Source of the DNA: Actinomycetota bacterium
GTDB lineage: Bacteria; Actinomycetota; Thermoleophilia; RBG-16-64-13
Direction of reading: 5' to 3'
NCBI GenBank assembly: GCA_012523095.1
Contig: JAAYJE010000022.1
Span: forward strand, 68,784-132,783
DNA: 64,000 nucleotides
Of the stretch, positions 10,118 to 22,305 are shown piece after piece. Within the stretch, counting starts at the first letter, position 1, and each line of letters starts with the position of its first letter. The position numbers were made by a program, and so were the translations under genes. Below the pieces are notes generated by a model, which saw only the letters and a list, made by a program, of their open reading frames with translations, was not told the origin of the DNA and did no database searches.

Positions 10118-10653
10118 TCCTGCCCGACTCCTGCAGCGGCCGTCTCGGCATGCGGAGCAGGGACCACCCGCAACCGGATCAACAGCACGTAGATGGGGAC
10201 GGTGACCAGGGCGTCGAGCACCGTCTCAGGAAGAACCTGCGTAGTCAGAATGACGAAGAAGCCCGCCCGAGGTCCAATGGCATATTGGAAGAGCCCGTAG
10301 GCCACTTGAGCCACGAACGATGCGCAGGCGGCCAACAGGAATACTCCCCATAGGTTCACGGATGTGAAACGATGGACCAGGCTTCCGACCATGTACCCCA
10401 TCAGCACGTAGATGAGCGCCCTCACCCCTAGAGGTTCCAAAAAGGCTATGTCGGCCACCACTCCGGCCGCGAATCCGAACACGGCTCCGTAGAGCGACCC
10501 CCGACCGATGGCCGTGACCACGGTCAGGATAAGGAAGAGGTCGGCCGTGACCCCGAGGACGCTCACCCGTGACACGATGAGGGTCTGCAGCGCCACTGCC
10601 ACCACCATGAGGAGAACCACCCGGCCGATCTCTGCCGGCCACCCGCGGCTCAT
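10114..10653 (-). CDS. mreD: Rod shape-determining protein MreD
   Basis: 179-aa polytopic membrane protein between mreC and mrdA, with 4-nt overlaps on both sides. Confidence 0.7.
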   Translation of the reverse strand: MSRGWPAEIGRVVLLMVVAVALQTLIVSRVSVLGVTADLFLILTVVTAIGRGSLYGAVFGFAAGVVADIAFLEPLGVRALIYVLMGYMVGSLVHRFTSVNLWGVFLLAACASFVAQVAYGLFQYAIGPRAGFFVILTTQVLPETVLDALVTVPIYVLLIRLRVVPAPHAETAAAGVGQE

Positions 10654-11522
10654 GGCTCCTCTTCCGGAAGGATCAACACCATGACCTCTTCGAGCACCCG
10701 GAAGTCTACGAAGGCCTGGACTTCGATCTCTTTGTAGATGTTCACGTCTTCCTCGCCAACACTGGCCACGATGCCGATAGGGATGTCGGCAGGATAGATG
10801 GGGCCGTATCCAGACGTCACGATGACGAGCTTGGGGTCGACGGCCACGTCACGTTCGACATAGTCCATGGTCAAGTCGCCCGATACCGACCCTTCGATGA
10901 TCCCCTCGGCGCGATTGCCTTGGATCTTGGCGCTCACGCTCGAGCTCGAATCGATGATGAGTAGCACCTTCGCCGTGTTGCTCGTGACTTCTGTGATCTT
11001 GCCTACAAGACCCTTGCCGGACAAGGTTTCGCCTGTCATCGGCGTCGCCCCCACTACCGGCAGGCCCACCCGTAGTCCGTCGGCCGTTCCTTTGTCGATC
11101 AAGACCCACGACGACCAACGACTCGGCGATTTGGCAATGACGTCCGCCACCGCGAAGTCCGTACCGTCGGGGTAGACGCCCTTGTCGCGCAGGTCTAAGA
11201 GACCCTGCAATCGCTTGTACTCTTCGACGGTCTCTTCCAGTTTGATGGCCTCCCCTTTGAGGATCTGGAGCTCCTCCTCGAGCCGCTCCGCCCTCCGATG
11301 CGCCGACCAGAGGGTCTTGAACCACTGGTACCCGTCCTGGAAGGGCTTGGCGACCTTGGCACCCCACGATTGAAGTGGAGCGAGGATGCCGGCCCCTGCT
11401 CGCTGGATGGTGTGCACCGGCCCGGAATCGGCTTCGCGGAAGGTGATGGTCAGCAAAGCCAACGACGCTATGATCAGGATGACGAAGACGAGTCTCCGCC
11501 AGGATACGTTGTTACGCGGCAT
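10650..11522 (-). CDS. mreC: Rod shape-determining protein MreC
   Basis: 290 aa with an N-terminal TM, a coiled-coil and a beta-rich C-terminal domain, positioned between mreB and mreD. Confidence 0.8.
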   Translation of the reverse strand: MPRNNVSWRRLVFVILIIASLALLTITFREADSGPVHTIQRAGAGILAPLQSWGAKVAKPFQDGYQWFKTLWSAHRRAERLEEELQILKGEAIKLEETVEEYKRLQGLLDLRDKGVYPDGTDFAVADVIAKSPSRWSSWVLIDKGTADGLRVGLPVVGATPMTGETLSGKGLVGKITEVTSNTAKVLLIIDSSSSVSAKIQGNRAEGIIEGSVSGDLTMDYVERDVAVDPKLVIVTSGYGPIYPADIPIGIVASVGEEDVNIYKEIEVQAFVDFRVLEEVMVLILPEEEP

Positions 11523-11537
11523 AGCGACCTCCGCTAC

Positions 11538-12539
11538 TTAGTAGCGGTGTCTTTTCGCCTTCTGTGACAATCTGTGGAGAGTATCGAACTCCTCCAGGGA
11601 CCGGCCTGAACCCACCGCTACACATGTACGAGGTGATTCGGCCAAGTTCACCGGCATCTGGGTCTCATCTCTGACACGCTCGCACATGCCCTGGAGCAAG
11701 GAGCTTCCACCGGCGAGCATGATGCCTCTGTCCATGATGTCGGAGGCGAGCTCCGGTGGAGTCTTGTCCAGAGTGGACTTAATGGCGTCGATGATGGCGG
11801 CCACCGGCTCCTCGATGGCCTCCCGGATCTCCTCTGAAGAGATGACCAACGTCTTCGGCAGGCCGGTCACGAGGTCCCTGCCCCGGATCTCCGCCTGCTC
11901 CTCATGCTCGAGCGGGAAGGCAGAACCGATCTCGAGTTTGAGCTCCTCAGCGGTTTGGGTGCCGATCATGAGCTTATATTCCTTCTTGATGTAGGCGATG
12001 ATCGCCTCGTCAAGCTCATCACCGCCGATGCGGATCGATTGCGCCACTACGATACCGGCCAGAGAGATGACCGCCACCTCACTGGTCCCGCCCCCGATGT
12101 CCACGATCATGCTGCCCGTGGCCTCAGCCACCGGCAGGCCCGCGCCGATGGCCGCCGCCATCGGCTCCTCGATCAGATACGCGGCCCGTGCGCCGGCGCT
12201 TATGGTCGCTTCCTCGACCGCCCTCCGCTCCACGCCCGTCACCCCAGAGGGGACGCATACCACCACTCGCGGGTGGGCCCAGCGGTTCTGGTGCACGCGC
12301 TGGATGAAGTGACGCAACATCTGTTCGGTCACGTCGAAGTCGGCGATAACCCCGTCTTTCAGGGGTCGGATGGCGGAGATGGTGCCCGGGGTGCGGCCGA
12401 GCATGCGCTTGGCGTCGGTCCCGACCGCCAGTACCTCTCCCGTACGGGTGTCGATGGCCACGACCGAAGGTTCCGACAGCACAATCCCCCGCCCGCGCAC
12501 ATAGACCAGCGTCGTGGCGGTGCCTAGATCCACTGCCAT
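11538..12539 (-). CDS. mreB: Rod shape-determining protein MreB (actin homologue)
   Basis: MAVDLGTATTLVYVRGRGIVLSEPSVVAI... MreB signature. The N-terminus is short, and the upstream in-frame region encodes ...FAGRD before the Met with no canonical start, so the start may be slightly wrong. Confidence 0.9.
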   Translation of the reverse strand: MAVDLGTATTLVYVRGRGIVLSEPSVVAIDTRTGEVLAVGTDAKRMLGRTPGTISAIRPLKDGVIADFDVTEQMLRHFIQRVHQNRWAHPRVVVCVPSGVTGVERRAVEEATISAGARAAYLIEEPMAAAIGAGLPVAEATGSMIVDIGGGTSEVAVISLAGIVVAQSIRIGGDELDEAIIAYIKKEYKLMIGTQTAEELKLEIGSAFPLEHEEQAEIRGRDLVTGLPKTLVISSEEIREAIEEPVAAIIDAIKSTLDKTPPELASDIMDRGIMLAGGSSLLQGMCERVRDETQMPVNLAESPRTCVAVGSGRSLEEFDTLHRLSQKAKRHRY

Positions 12540-12677
12540 GTCTCGCCCGGCGAAGCCGGTGATGAACTCGGTGAAGGCTATTGCGCTTCCTCCCTGCGGG
12601 CCGTCGCTACACCCCGCCCCTGGGACCGCGAGGCTTGGGTATTATACCTACTGTTACTCACGAGTGCGGATTTCGTT

Positions 12678-13346
12678 CTAGGAACCGCCTTCCAGCCACG
12701 TTCTTTGCATGAGATCGAAGCCCAGCTTCCGGAACAAGCGGTAGAGCAGGCAAAGAGGCAATCCCACGACATTGCTGTATTCGCCCTTGATTTCGGTCAC
12801 GAACAGACCGGCGAGCCCCTGTACGGCGTAACCGCCGGCCTTGCCCCACCATTCCCCCGAGGCGACATAGGACTCGACCTGTCCGCGATCCAGCAGTGAG
12901 AAGGTGACGTCGGTCACGGCGCCTGCCACCTCCACCCGGTCGACCACGTCGGTCGGCCCCGCACCTCCGATGCGCTGCAGGGCCACACCCGAGACGACCT
13001 GGTGGGTCCGGCCGGACAGCATTTCCAGCATCGCCGCCGCCTCGCCCACGGAAGCCGGTTTGCCCATAACCGCCCCGTCGATGGTCACCAGTGTGTCGGT
13101 GCCCAGCACGAAAGAGCCCGGCCCCGACCCCGCCTGCATGCGCACAGTCTTGATCTTGGCCAGAGCGTTCGCCTCGACGAGCTCCGTGGCCGGCCTCCCT
13201 GAGACCCTTTCCTCAGCGTCCGAAAGCACGACCGTGAACGGGACGCCGGCATCACGCAAGAGTGAACGACGCCTCGGCGACTGGGAAGCCAACAACAGCC
13301 GGAAGTCTGAGGGGAATCGAGGCCGATGATCCACAGGCACACTCAT
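12678..13346 (-). CDS. maf: Maf-like nucleoside triphosphate pyrophosphatase (septum formation protein Maf)
   Basis: LLLASQSPRRRSLL... and GYAVQGLAGLFVTEIKGEYSNVVGLPL motifs. Maf follows mreBCD as in many bacteria. Confidence 0.8.
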   Translation of the reverse strand: MSVPVDHRPRFPSDFRLLLASQSPRRRSLLRDAGVPFTVVLSDAEERVSGRPATELVEANALAKIKTVRMQAGSGPGSFVLGTDTLVTIDGAVMGKPASVGEAAAMLEMLSGRTHQVVSGVALQRIGGAGPTDVVDRVEVAGAVTDVTFSLLDRGQVESYVASGEWWGKAGGYAVQGLAGLFVTEIKGEYSNVVGLPLCLLYRLFRKLGFDLMQRTWLEGGS

Positions 13347-13388
13347 GGAGCCCCCGTCGCGCGAGTTGGAGTCTTCGACTTCTCGAAC

Positions 13389-13802
13389 CTATTCCACACC
13401 TTCCGGGAAGAAGACCCCGATCTCACGTTCGGCACTCTCGAGGCTGTCGGAGCTGTGGACGACATTCCGAAGCACGTCGAGGCCGTAGTCCCCCCTGACC
13501 GTCCCCGGGTCGGCCTCCAAAGGATTCGTGGCCCCCATCATACGGCGTACGATCTTCACGGCCGACGGACCCTCGACCACCATGGCAAAGATGGCCGCCG
13601 AGGTGATGTGTTCCACCAACTCGCCGTAGAAAGATTTCTCCTTATGCTCGGCATAGTGCTCGGCAGCAGTCTCAGGAGCCACCTTGAGGGTCCGGGCTAC
13701 CTTTATGGTCAAGCCTTTGCGTTCCAGGCGGCTGATCACCTCGCCCACCAGCCCCCGGGCGACTCCACTCGGCTTCACGAGCACCAGCGTACGTTCAATC
13801 AC
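13389..13802 (-). CDS. ndk: Nucleoside diphosphate kinase
   Basis: [12 protein letters not shown]..., NVVHSSD; 137 aa. Confidence 0.95.
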   Translation of the reverse strand: MIERTLVLVKPSGVARGLVGEVISRLERKGLTIKVARTLKVAPETAAEHYAEHKEKSFYGELVEHITSAAIFAMVVEGPSAVKIVRRMMGATNPLEADPGTVRGDYGLDVLRNVVHSSDSLESAEREIGVFFPEGVE

Positions 13803-13866
13803 AGTGTCCTCCCAAAAAGTCCGGCGCGCCGACGCGCGATATCGTGTCCGGCTGCTCGGTCCGTTA

Positions 13867-14376
13867 TCAGTCCTCAGCCACCCAGAATTGCGTATCTTCG
13901 TCTGTTGGAGGCGCTACCCGCTTGACCCGTGGGTCGTGTCCACAATAGGGACATAGCTTCCACCCAGGCTCCTGCACCCTTTCACACGCGGGGCAGATAG
14001 ACCGGAGGGTACGGCGGCAGTTGGGACAGGCCACATACTCGGGCCGTATGAGTTCACCACACGAGGGGCAGGCCCGCATGATCTGCAACTCCTGCTCCAT
14101 GGCCCGCACTTCCAGTTCGCGTTCCCGCGTCTCAGCCAGATACTCGGCCGGCCTGAGGATGGCGTATATCACTGTGCCCATGTAGGGCAGCACGAGCGAG
14201 GTCAGGACCGCCACCCCCACGATGATCGGATCGTCGATCCGCTTCCGAGCGTCTTTGAAGGTCCAGAAGATCAGTGCCAACCACAAGCCCACGAGACAGA
14301 AAGCCAGCACATACAGGGCCAGCGTCCACAAGGGGGAGCTGATGATCTTGTTGATGGTCTCAAAGAGACTGTCCAA
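13867..14376 (-). CDS. Membrane protein with C-terminal double zinc ribbon (Rv2446c-like position)
   Basis: Two TM helices followed by CPSCG...CPNCRR...CPACE...CPYCGHD. It occupies the slot between ndk and folC as in mycobacteria. Confidence 0.6.
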   Translation of the reverse strand: MDSLFETINKIISSPLWTLALYVLAFCLVGLWLALIFWTFKDARKRIDDPIIVGVAVLTSLVLPYMGTVIYAILRPAEYLAETRERELEVRAMEQELQIMRACPSCGELIRPEYVACPNCRRTLRSICPACERVQEPGWKLCPYCGHDPRVKRVAPPTDEDTQFWVAED

Positions 14377-14433
14377 CTCCCGCTCCTAAAGAAGACGCAC
14401 GACGATGTGACCGGCGACTAAGGATATCACGGC

Positions 14434-15735
14434 TCAGTTCAGCCCTCTCTTGAGGTCCGAGATCAGAGTGAGCGAGCCCGTCACGAGCACCACCTGGTTG
14501 GAGGTGGCCAGACGGTAAGCGCTCATCATAGCCGACCGCGGATCGGGGTCTATGAAGATCTCCGGTCCCTTGCCCAAGTCCGAGATGATGGCGGCCAACT
14601 CATCGCCGGTCAGTGCTCGGGGGCTCGCGCTCTGCGTGGCGAACACGATGTCACAGCTGGGGACGAGCAAACGCATCATCTCCTGGGCCTCCTTGTCACG
14701 CAGGATCGAGACGACGGCGATCAGCCTGCGTCTCTCCAAGATCTGCTCCAGTGAGCGCATCGTCTCTTCCATCCCCTGCGGATTGTGCGAGCCGTCGAAG
14801 ATGCAGAGAGGTTGCGTACTTATGATCTCGAGACGTCCGGGTACGCCGGTCGACGCCAACGCAGTGCGGAGGGAGTCCGTGTCGAGCGCCTCGCCGACGA
14901 ACAACTCCACGGCCGCCACAGCCACAGCGGCATTGGCCCGCTGGTAGCTCCCTAGGACCTTCAGGCGTAGGTCTGTATAGCACGCATATAGACCGAATAT
15001 ATCGAAGGACTCAGCCCTGGGGTCGGCCAGCACCACGAACTCGTCGCCCAAGAAGTGGCAACGGGCTTCCTTGGAAGCACAAAGATCCTTCAGTTCAGCC
15101 CTCAAGCCGGGACTAAGGGAACCGATGGCGACCCTACCTTCCTCCGCTATCACCGCGGCCTTCTCCTTGAGGATGGCCGAAAGGGTGTCGCCCAGAAGCT
15201 CTGTGTGCTCCAAACCGATGGAGGTGATGATCTGCACGTCGGAGTCGATGACCGAAGTGGCGTCCAGCCGGCCTCCCAAACCGGCTTCGATCACAGCCAC
15301 ATCGCAGGCCTGCTCCTTGAAGTAGAGCAAGGCCGCAGCCGTGAGGATCTCGAACTGGGTCAGCGCATCCCCTTGCGAGAACGTGCGATCCAGCTCTTCG
15401 GCCACCGGTCGTATACGGGAGACCAGCTCGCAGAACTCCTCATCGTTGGAAGGTACACTGTTCACCATCTGCCGTTCGGCCAGGCTGACGAGGTGGGGAG
15501 AGATGTAAGCCCCCACCTTCAACCCCTGTGCCTCCAACAGGGCCGAGATGAAACGGACGGTCGAGCTCTTGCCGTTGGTGCCCACCACATGGATGGTCCG
15601 GTAGGCCTTCTGCGGAGAACCTAAAGCCTCCACAAGCTTGGTGACCCGACCCAAACCGAGATGCGTACCTAAGCGCTCCAGGCCGTCGATGTACTCCCAG
15701 ACCTCTTCAGGACTGCAGCCGGAGGCGTTCAACAT
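14434..15735 (-). CDS. folC: Folylpolyglutamate synthase / dihydrofolate synthase
   Basis: Mur-ligase family P-loop HVVGTNGKSST; 433 aa; 7-nt overlap with valS. Confidence 0.85.
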   Translation of the reverse strand: MLNASGCSPEEVWEYIDGLERLGTHLGLGRVTKLVEALGSPQKAYRTIHVVGTNGKSSTVRFISALLEAQGLKVGAYISPHLVSLAERQMVNSVPSNDEEFCELVSRIRPVAEELDRTFSQGDALTQFEILTAAALLYFKEQACDVAVIEAGLGGRLDATSVIDSDVQIITSIGLEHTELLGDTLSAILKEKAAVIAEEGRVAIGSLSPGLRAELKDLCASKEARCHFLGDEFVVLADPRAESFDIFGLYACYTDLRLKVLGSYQRANAAVAVAAVELFVGEALDTDSLRTALASTGVPGRLEIISTQPLCIFDGSHNPQGMEETMRSLEQILERRRLIAVVSILRDKEAQEMMRLLVPSCDIVFATQSASPRALTGDELAAIISDLGKGPEIFIDPDPRSAMMSAYRLATSNQVVLVTGSLTLISDLKRGLN

Positions 15736-18410
15736 TCCTTCCCTCCCAACTCGGGCAACTCTCCTCCAACACGCTCCCGGTATTGCCGCCCTACCTCTTC
15801 GAGGACGGCTTCAGCGGCGGCGAGTCGGCTGCGCTCCTCTACCACCACCGCTTCAGGCGCTTTGGCGACAAAGCCTTGGTTCGCCAGTTTGACCCGGGCT
15901 TTGACAGCGTCGGCATGGGCCTTCTTGGCCTTGTTGACCAGTCGGTCGCGCTCCTTCTCCACGTCCACCAGATCCTGGAGATCAAGCAACGCCTTCACTC
16001 CCGGACCGTCCACCGAGGCGAACCGCCCCTCCGGGATGGTTCCTCCGGCGATGACTTCCACCAAATCGCAGCCGGATAGTTGCCGGAAGGCCTGCCGCTG
16101 GTCGGCCAGGCCGGACGCCGCTCCGGAGCTCAGTTCCAGCACCCGCACGCTGCCGACCACCTCCCGGGCAAGACCCAGCTCCTCACGTGTCGAGCGCAGG
16201 CCCCCGACAACGGCTACGAAGGCGTCCATGGCGAGCTCGGCATCGGGGTCTCCCCAGGCCGCGGGCGCGTCCGGGTACCGAGCGTCGAACACGCCGGACG
16301 GCCGTCCTTCGGACTTCACCTGGGGCAGGAAGCTGTGAACCTCCTCGGTGATGAAGGGCATGAGCGGGTGGAGTAGGATCATCACGTGCTCGAGCAGTAC
16401 CAGCAGGTTGCCGCTGATCTGCAGACGCTCGACCTCGTCCTGGCCGTAGAGACGGCTCTTGGCCACCTCCAGGTACCAGTCGCACACCTCGTTCCAGACG
16501 AAGCGGTAGAGCAGCCTGGCCACATCGTCGAACTCGTAGCTCTCGTACAGACGGGCGACCTCCCGGCAGACATCCGCCAACCGACTGAATATCCAGCGGT
16601 CTGCGGCCGTGGCAGGCGTCACCCGTGGTTCAGCCTGCGGATGGGCGCCCTGCAGAACAAGGCGCGAAGCGTTCCAGAGCTTGTTCGCGAAGTTCCTGCC
16701 CATCTCTATCCGCTCGGCGCTGAAGCGGACGTCCTGCACCGAACTCATGTAGGCCAACCCGAACCGAGTGGCATCCGCGCCGTAGTCGGCGATCAGATCC
16801 AAGGGGTCTACGCCCGTACCAAGACTCTTGCTCATGCGCCTACCGTCGGCGGCAAGAACGGTGGGATGGATGATGACGTCTCTGAAGGGCACGTCGCCCA
16901 TGAACTCCAGGCCCATCATGATCATACGAGCCACCCACAGAAAGATGATGTCACGCGCCGTCGATAGGACCGTAGTGGGATAGAAAGCGGCAAGCCGCGG
17001 AGTCTGCTCGGGCCAGCCCAGAGTGGCGAACGGCCAGAGGGCCGAGCTGAACCAGGTGTCGAGGACGTCGTCCTCTTGGCGCAACGGGCCTTCGCACTTC
17101 TCGCATGCGGCAGGCGGCGAAGCCGCCACCATCAGATGGTCGCACTGCTCACAGAAGTAGGCCGGGATACGATGGCCCCACCACAACTGCCGGCTGATGC
17201 ACCAAGGCCGGATCCCCCTCATCCAGTCGAGGTAGACGTTACTCCAGCGGTCCGGCACGAACCGCACCCTGCCGTCCTCCACAGCCGCGATGGCCGGCGG
17301 CGCCAGCCTCTCCATACTCATGAACCACTGCAGCGATAGGAGAGGCTCGATGGTTGTGCCGCACCGGTAACAGATGCTGACGGCGTGATTGTGATCCTCC
17401 AACTTGACGAAGAGCCCCTCTTGCTCTAAACGTTCCAGGACGGCGGCACGGGCCTTCGTGGTGTTGAGGCCGGCGAACTCGCCCGCCTCCTCAGTCATCA
17501 GCCCGTCGAGACCGATGACGGTGACGCTGGGCAGGTCGTGGCGCAGCCCTATCTCCCAGTCGTCCGGGTCGTGTCCCGGAGTGATCTTGAGGGCGCCCGT
17601 CCCGAACCCGATGTCCACGTGTTCATCGGCGATCACCGGCACCTCCCGTCCCACCAAAGGCACGACGGCGACGGCGCCTACAAAACGGCCGTAGCGCGGA
17701 TCCTTGGGATTGACCGCTACCGCGGTATCTCCCAATATGGTCTCAGGCCTCGTGGTGGCCACCGTGAGGGTCTCGCCCGACCCCAGAATGGGATACCTGA
17801 CGTAATAGAGCTTCGAGGCCCGGTCTTCGTGTTCCACCTCGAGGTCGGAAATGGCCGATCCACAGCGGGTGCACCAGTTGACCAGATAGACGTCCCGGTA
17901 GATATCGCCCTTCTCGTACAACGATACAAAGACCTTTGTCACCGCCTGCTGATACGCCTCATCCATGGTGAAGCGCTCAGCTTCGTAATCGCAGGCCGCT
18001 CCCAGACTCTTCAGTTGGTGGATGATGGTCGATCCGTACTCACGCCGCCACGCCCACACCCGCTCCTCGAAGGCCTCCCGCCCGATATCCTCTTTGCGTA
18101 GGCCCTCAGCTGCCAACCGACCTTCGACCTTGTTCTGAGTAGCGATGCCTGCATGGTCTGTGCCTAGTATCCAGAGGGTGTTGAACCCCTTGAGGTGGTG
18201 GTAGCGGATCAGGATGTCCTGGATGGTGTCGTTGAGGGCGTGTCCCATGTGAAGCGAACCGGTCACGTTGGGCGGCGGTATCGCGATGGTGTAGGCCGGA
18301 CGAGGGTCGTCCGGCGATGCGCTGAAGGCTGAACGGTCAAGCCAACTCTTCATGAGCCGCGCTTCGATGTCTCGCGATGCATAGCGCGCTGCCATACTCA
18401 ACTCGGTCAA
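15729..18410 (-). CDS. valS: Valine--tRNA ligase
   Basis: HIGH (HMGHALN) and KMSKS (RMSKSLGT) motifs; 893 aa with a C-terminal coiled coil. Confidence 0.95.
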   Translation of the reverse strand: MTELSMAARYASRDIEARLMKSWLDRSAFSASPDDPRPAYTIAIPPPNVTGSLHMGHALNDTIQDILIRYHHLKGFNTLWILGTDHAGIATQNKVEGRLAAEGLRKEDIGREAFEERVWAWRREYGSTIIHQLKSLGAACDYEAERFTMDEAYQQAVTKVFVSLYEKGDIYRDVYLVNWCTRCGSAISDLEVEHEDRASKLYYVRYPILGSGETLTVATTRPETILGDTAVAVNPKDPRYGRFVGAVAVVPLVGREVPVIADEHVDIGFGTGALKITPGHDPDDWEIGLRHDLPSVTVIGLDGLMTEEAGEFAGLNTTKARAAVLERLEQEGLFVKLEDHNHAVSICYRCGTTIEPLLSLQWFMSMERLAPPAIAAVEDGRVRFVPDRWSNVYLDWMRGIRPWCISRQLWWGHRIPAYFCEQCDHLMVAASPPAACEKCEGPLRQEDDVLDTWFSSALWPFATLGWPEQTPRLAAFYPTTVLSTARDIIFLWVARMIMMGLEFMGDVPFRDVIIHPTVLAADGRRMSKSLGTGVDPLDLIADYGADATRFGLAYMSSVQDVRFSAERIEMGRNFANKLWNASRLVLQGAHPQAEPRVTPATAADRWIFSRLADVCREVARLYESYEFDDVARLLYRFVWNEVCDWYLEVAKSRLYGQDEVERLQISGNLLVLLEHVMILLHPLMPFITEEVHSFLPQVKSEGRPSGVFDARYPDAPAAWGDPDAELAMDAFVAVVGGLRSTREELGLAREVVGSVRVLELSSGAASGLADQRQAFRQLSGCDLVEVIAGGTIPEGRFASVDGPGVKALLDLQDLVDVEKERDRLVNKAKKAHADAVKARVKLANQGFVAKAPEAVVVEERSRLAAAEAVLEEVGRQYRERVGGELPELGGKEC

Positions 18411-20971
18411 GTGCGGTCCATCCCTTTCTCTCGCTCCTGCAGGCCCACCAGCGCCAAGGGGAGCACATCGATGAAACTATCTACATATACGATATCAACG
18501 CCCCGCTTGAGTTCGGCGGGCAGCTCCTGCACCTCCGGCCTCACCGTGGACGGCAGTATCACCGTCTGCACGCCTTCCCGCAGCGCCGCAAGCAGTTTCT
18601 CCTTCAAGCCGCCGACCGGCAGCACCTGTCCCGTGAGCGTGATCTCACCCGAAAGGGCCACTTTCGGCAACGCCGGTATTTGAAGCAAGGCGGACAAAAG
18701 GGCGGTCGCAACCGCGATGCCGGCCGAAGGCCCCTCTTTCGGTACTCCGCCTTCGGGGAAGTGCATGCGCACCTCCAGCGCCGACAGCAACTCGTGATCG
18801 GACGGTTGGGGCGGCGGCTCGTTCTCCGCCCCCGGTCCGTCCGGCTTGAACCCAGGTTCAGGTGCGCCGCCCCCGATGACCATGCCGATGGGAGTCCGGA
18901 GGTCGGCCTCCGGACGTCCGAGGCCGCCTTCCTCCCCGACCTCGGGTTGCTGGTAGTTGTCCAGCAGATAGGCGCGCCCGGGCGACTCGGTCCACAGTCC
19001 GGACAGTGCCGGGTCGCGGGCCAGCGACGTCTTCAGATAGCCCCAGGCCGCCGTGACACTCTCCTGCATGATCTCGCCCAACTGGCCGGTGAGGTGGAAG
19101 TCGCCCTTGCCGGGCGTCACCACGCACTCCACACGCAGAACGTCGCCTCCCGCCCCCGTGTACGCCAGTCCGAGACTGACGCCCACCTGCGGCTCTGCGC
19201 TGAGGCGGGCGGCCAGGAAAGGTGCGGGCCCCACCAACGGCGCAAGTCCCCGCGGGTTGATCCGGCGAGGAAGCGTCTTGCCCTCTACCCTCATGCGCGC
19301 AAGGCGCCGGTATACCTTGCCTATGAGACGGGCCATCTCTCGCACCCCGGCCTCACGGGTGTATTCACGTATCAGGAGCCGCAGCGCAGCCGACGCGAAG
19401 ACGTCGCCTAGATCGGCCAGGCCGCTCTCCTCTGCGATCTTGGGCACAAGGTGCCGCTCTGCTATCTCGAGCTTTTCGCGGTCCGTGTACCCCGGCAGCC
19501 GGATGATCTCCAGGCGGTCGTGGAGGGTCTCAGGGATGTCCTCTTCGTAGTTGGCCGTGGCGATGAAGAACACGTGCGACAGATCGTACTCCAGCTCCAG
19601 ATAGTTGTCCCGGAAGGAGCGATTCTGCACCGGATCGAGAACCTCCATGAGCGCCGCCGCGGGATCGCCACGCCAATCCGCTTCCATCTTGTCGATCTCA
19701 TCGAGCACGATCACCGGATCGTCGACGCCCGCCCGCTTCAGCGCATCGATGATCCGTCCGGGGAGCGCGCCCACGTAGGTGCGCCGATGACCCCGGATCT
19801 CGCCCTCGTCTCGGATGCCGCCCAGGCTGATCCGCTGCAGAGGACGCTCAAGGCCCTTGGCGGTGGCCATAGCGACCGAGGTCTTGCCGACCCCCGGCGG
19901 GCCGACAAGGCAGAGGATGGTGTTCGGCGGAGTGCCTCCCCGCAGGGAGGCGACGGCCAGGTACTCGATGATGCGGTCCTTGACGCTCTTGAGACCGTAG
20001 TGAGTCTCTTCCAGCACCCGGGCCACCGCCGCCACGTTAGGCGCCGCCGACCCGGAGCGCTTCCCCCAAGGCAGACCCAGGGCGGTATCCAGATAGGTCT
20101 TGGCGACCGCTACCTCAGCCGACAGCGGCGGCAGATCGCCCAGCCGCTTGATCTCCTTTGTAAGCGCGGTGACCGCCGCCTCCGGCAGGTTCTTCTCCTG
20201 CAACTCCTTCAGATAGGCGCCTCGCTCGCTGTCCTCTTCGCCCTCCTCCCCCAGCTCTTCCTGTAGAACCTTCAGACGCTCGTGGAGGAACATGCGGCGC
20301 TGTTGACGTTCGAAGCTGTCGTGCACCCGCTCCGAAATCTCGTTCTCGAGGGCGATGAACTCGTTCTCCTGTATCAGTGTCTCGAGCAAGAGGAGGAGCC
20401 GCGCCTCGGTCTCGTCGCCTTCCAGCAGCTCCTGCTTGCGATCAGGTCCGATCATAAGGTTGGAGGCCACCACGTTCATCATCTCTTCAGGATCCGTGAC
20501 GGCCTCCAAAGCCGTCTCCGCTTCCTCAGGGAGCTGCGGCGTCTGCCCCACATAGGCGGAGAACTCTCTCGCGATCGAGTCCATGAGCGCCCGGAGGCGA
20601 GACCGGGCTCCGGTGAGCCTGCCGACCACCGGGCTGTGGCGCACGGCAAAAAAGGGTGACACCGATTCGAACGCATCGATGACCACCCTCTGCCGCCCCT
20701 CTATAAGGGCTTTCAACGTGCCGTCGGAAAGCCGGGAGAACTGCACTACCTTGGCCAAGGTGCCGAGCGGGTATATCTCGTCGGGCTCGGGATCCTCGAT
20801 GACGGCGGAGCGTTGGACGGCCACGACCAGCAAACCGCCCGACTGTTGGGTCTGCTCCAGGGCGCGAACGCCCTTCTCCCGCTCCACGAAGAGCGGGGCC
20901 AGCACGCCGGGAAACAGCACCAGATCCCGCGTGGCGAGTAGTGGGACCACCTGCTGCCTATCAGCAGCCAT
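18407..20971 (-). CDS. lon: ATP-dependent protease Lon (endopeptidase La)
   Basis: Lon N-terminal domain, AAA+ GPPGVGKTS, and proteolytic domain PKEGPSAG with catalytic Ser. Confidence 0.9.
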   Translation of the reverse strand: MAADRQQVVPLLATRDLVLFPGVLAPLFVEREKGVRALEQTQQSGGLLVVAVQRSAVIEDPEPDEIYPLGTLAKVVQFSRLSDGTLKALIEGRQRVVIDAFESVSPFFAVRHSPVVGRLTGARSRLRALMDSIAREFSAYVGQTPQLPEEAETALEAVTDPEEMMNVVASNLMIGPDRKQELLEGDETEARLLLLLETLIQENEFIALENEISERVHDSFERQQRRMFLHERLKVLQEELGEEGEEDSERGAYLKELQEKNLPEAAVTALTKEIKRLGDLPPLSAEVAVAKTYLDTALGLPWGKRSGSAAPNVAAVARVLEETHYGLKSVKDRIIEYLAVASLRGGTPPNTILCLVGPPGVGKTSVAMATAKGLERPLQRISLGGIRDEGEIRGHRRTYVGALPGRIIDALKRAGVDDPVIVLDEIDKMEADWRGDPAAALMEVLDPVQNRSFRDNYLELEYDLSHVFFIATANYEEDIPETLHDRLEIIRLPGYTDREKLEIAERHLVPKIAEESGLADLGDVFASAALRLLIREYTREAGVREMARLIGKVYRRLARMRVEGKTLPRRINPRGLAPLVGPAPFLAARLSAEPQVGVSLGLAYTGAGGDVLRVECVVTPGKGDFHLTGQLGEIMQESVTAAWGYLKTSLARDPALSGLWTESPGRAYLLDNYQQPEVGEEGGLGRPEADLRTPIGMVIGGGAPEPGFKPDGPGAENEPPPQPSDHELLSALEVRMHFPEGGVPKEGPSAGIAVATALLSALLQIPALPKVALSGEITLTGQVLPVGGLKEKLLAALREGVQTVILPSTVRPEVQELPAELKRGVDIVYVDSFIDVLPLALVGLQEREKGMDRT

Positions 20972-21022
20972 AAACCGTCCTCACCGAACGCGGCGGCCAC
21001 GCCTTCATTCCTACTCGACTCC

Positions 21023-22294
<1,272 letters not shown>

Positions 22295-22305
22295 CCCTCG
22301 ACCCC

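Noticed and set aside
12540-12677. Possible N-terminal extension of MreB from a non-canonical start
   Set aside because: The in-frame upstream sequence encodes an MreB-like ...FAGRD, but it contains no ATG, GTG or TTG. A short MAVDLGT N-terminus is acceptable, so the annotated start is kept.
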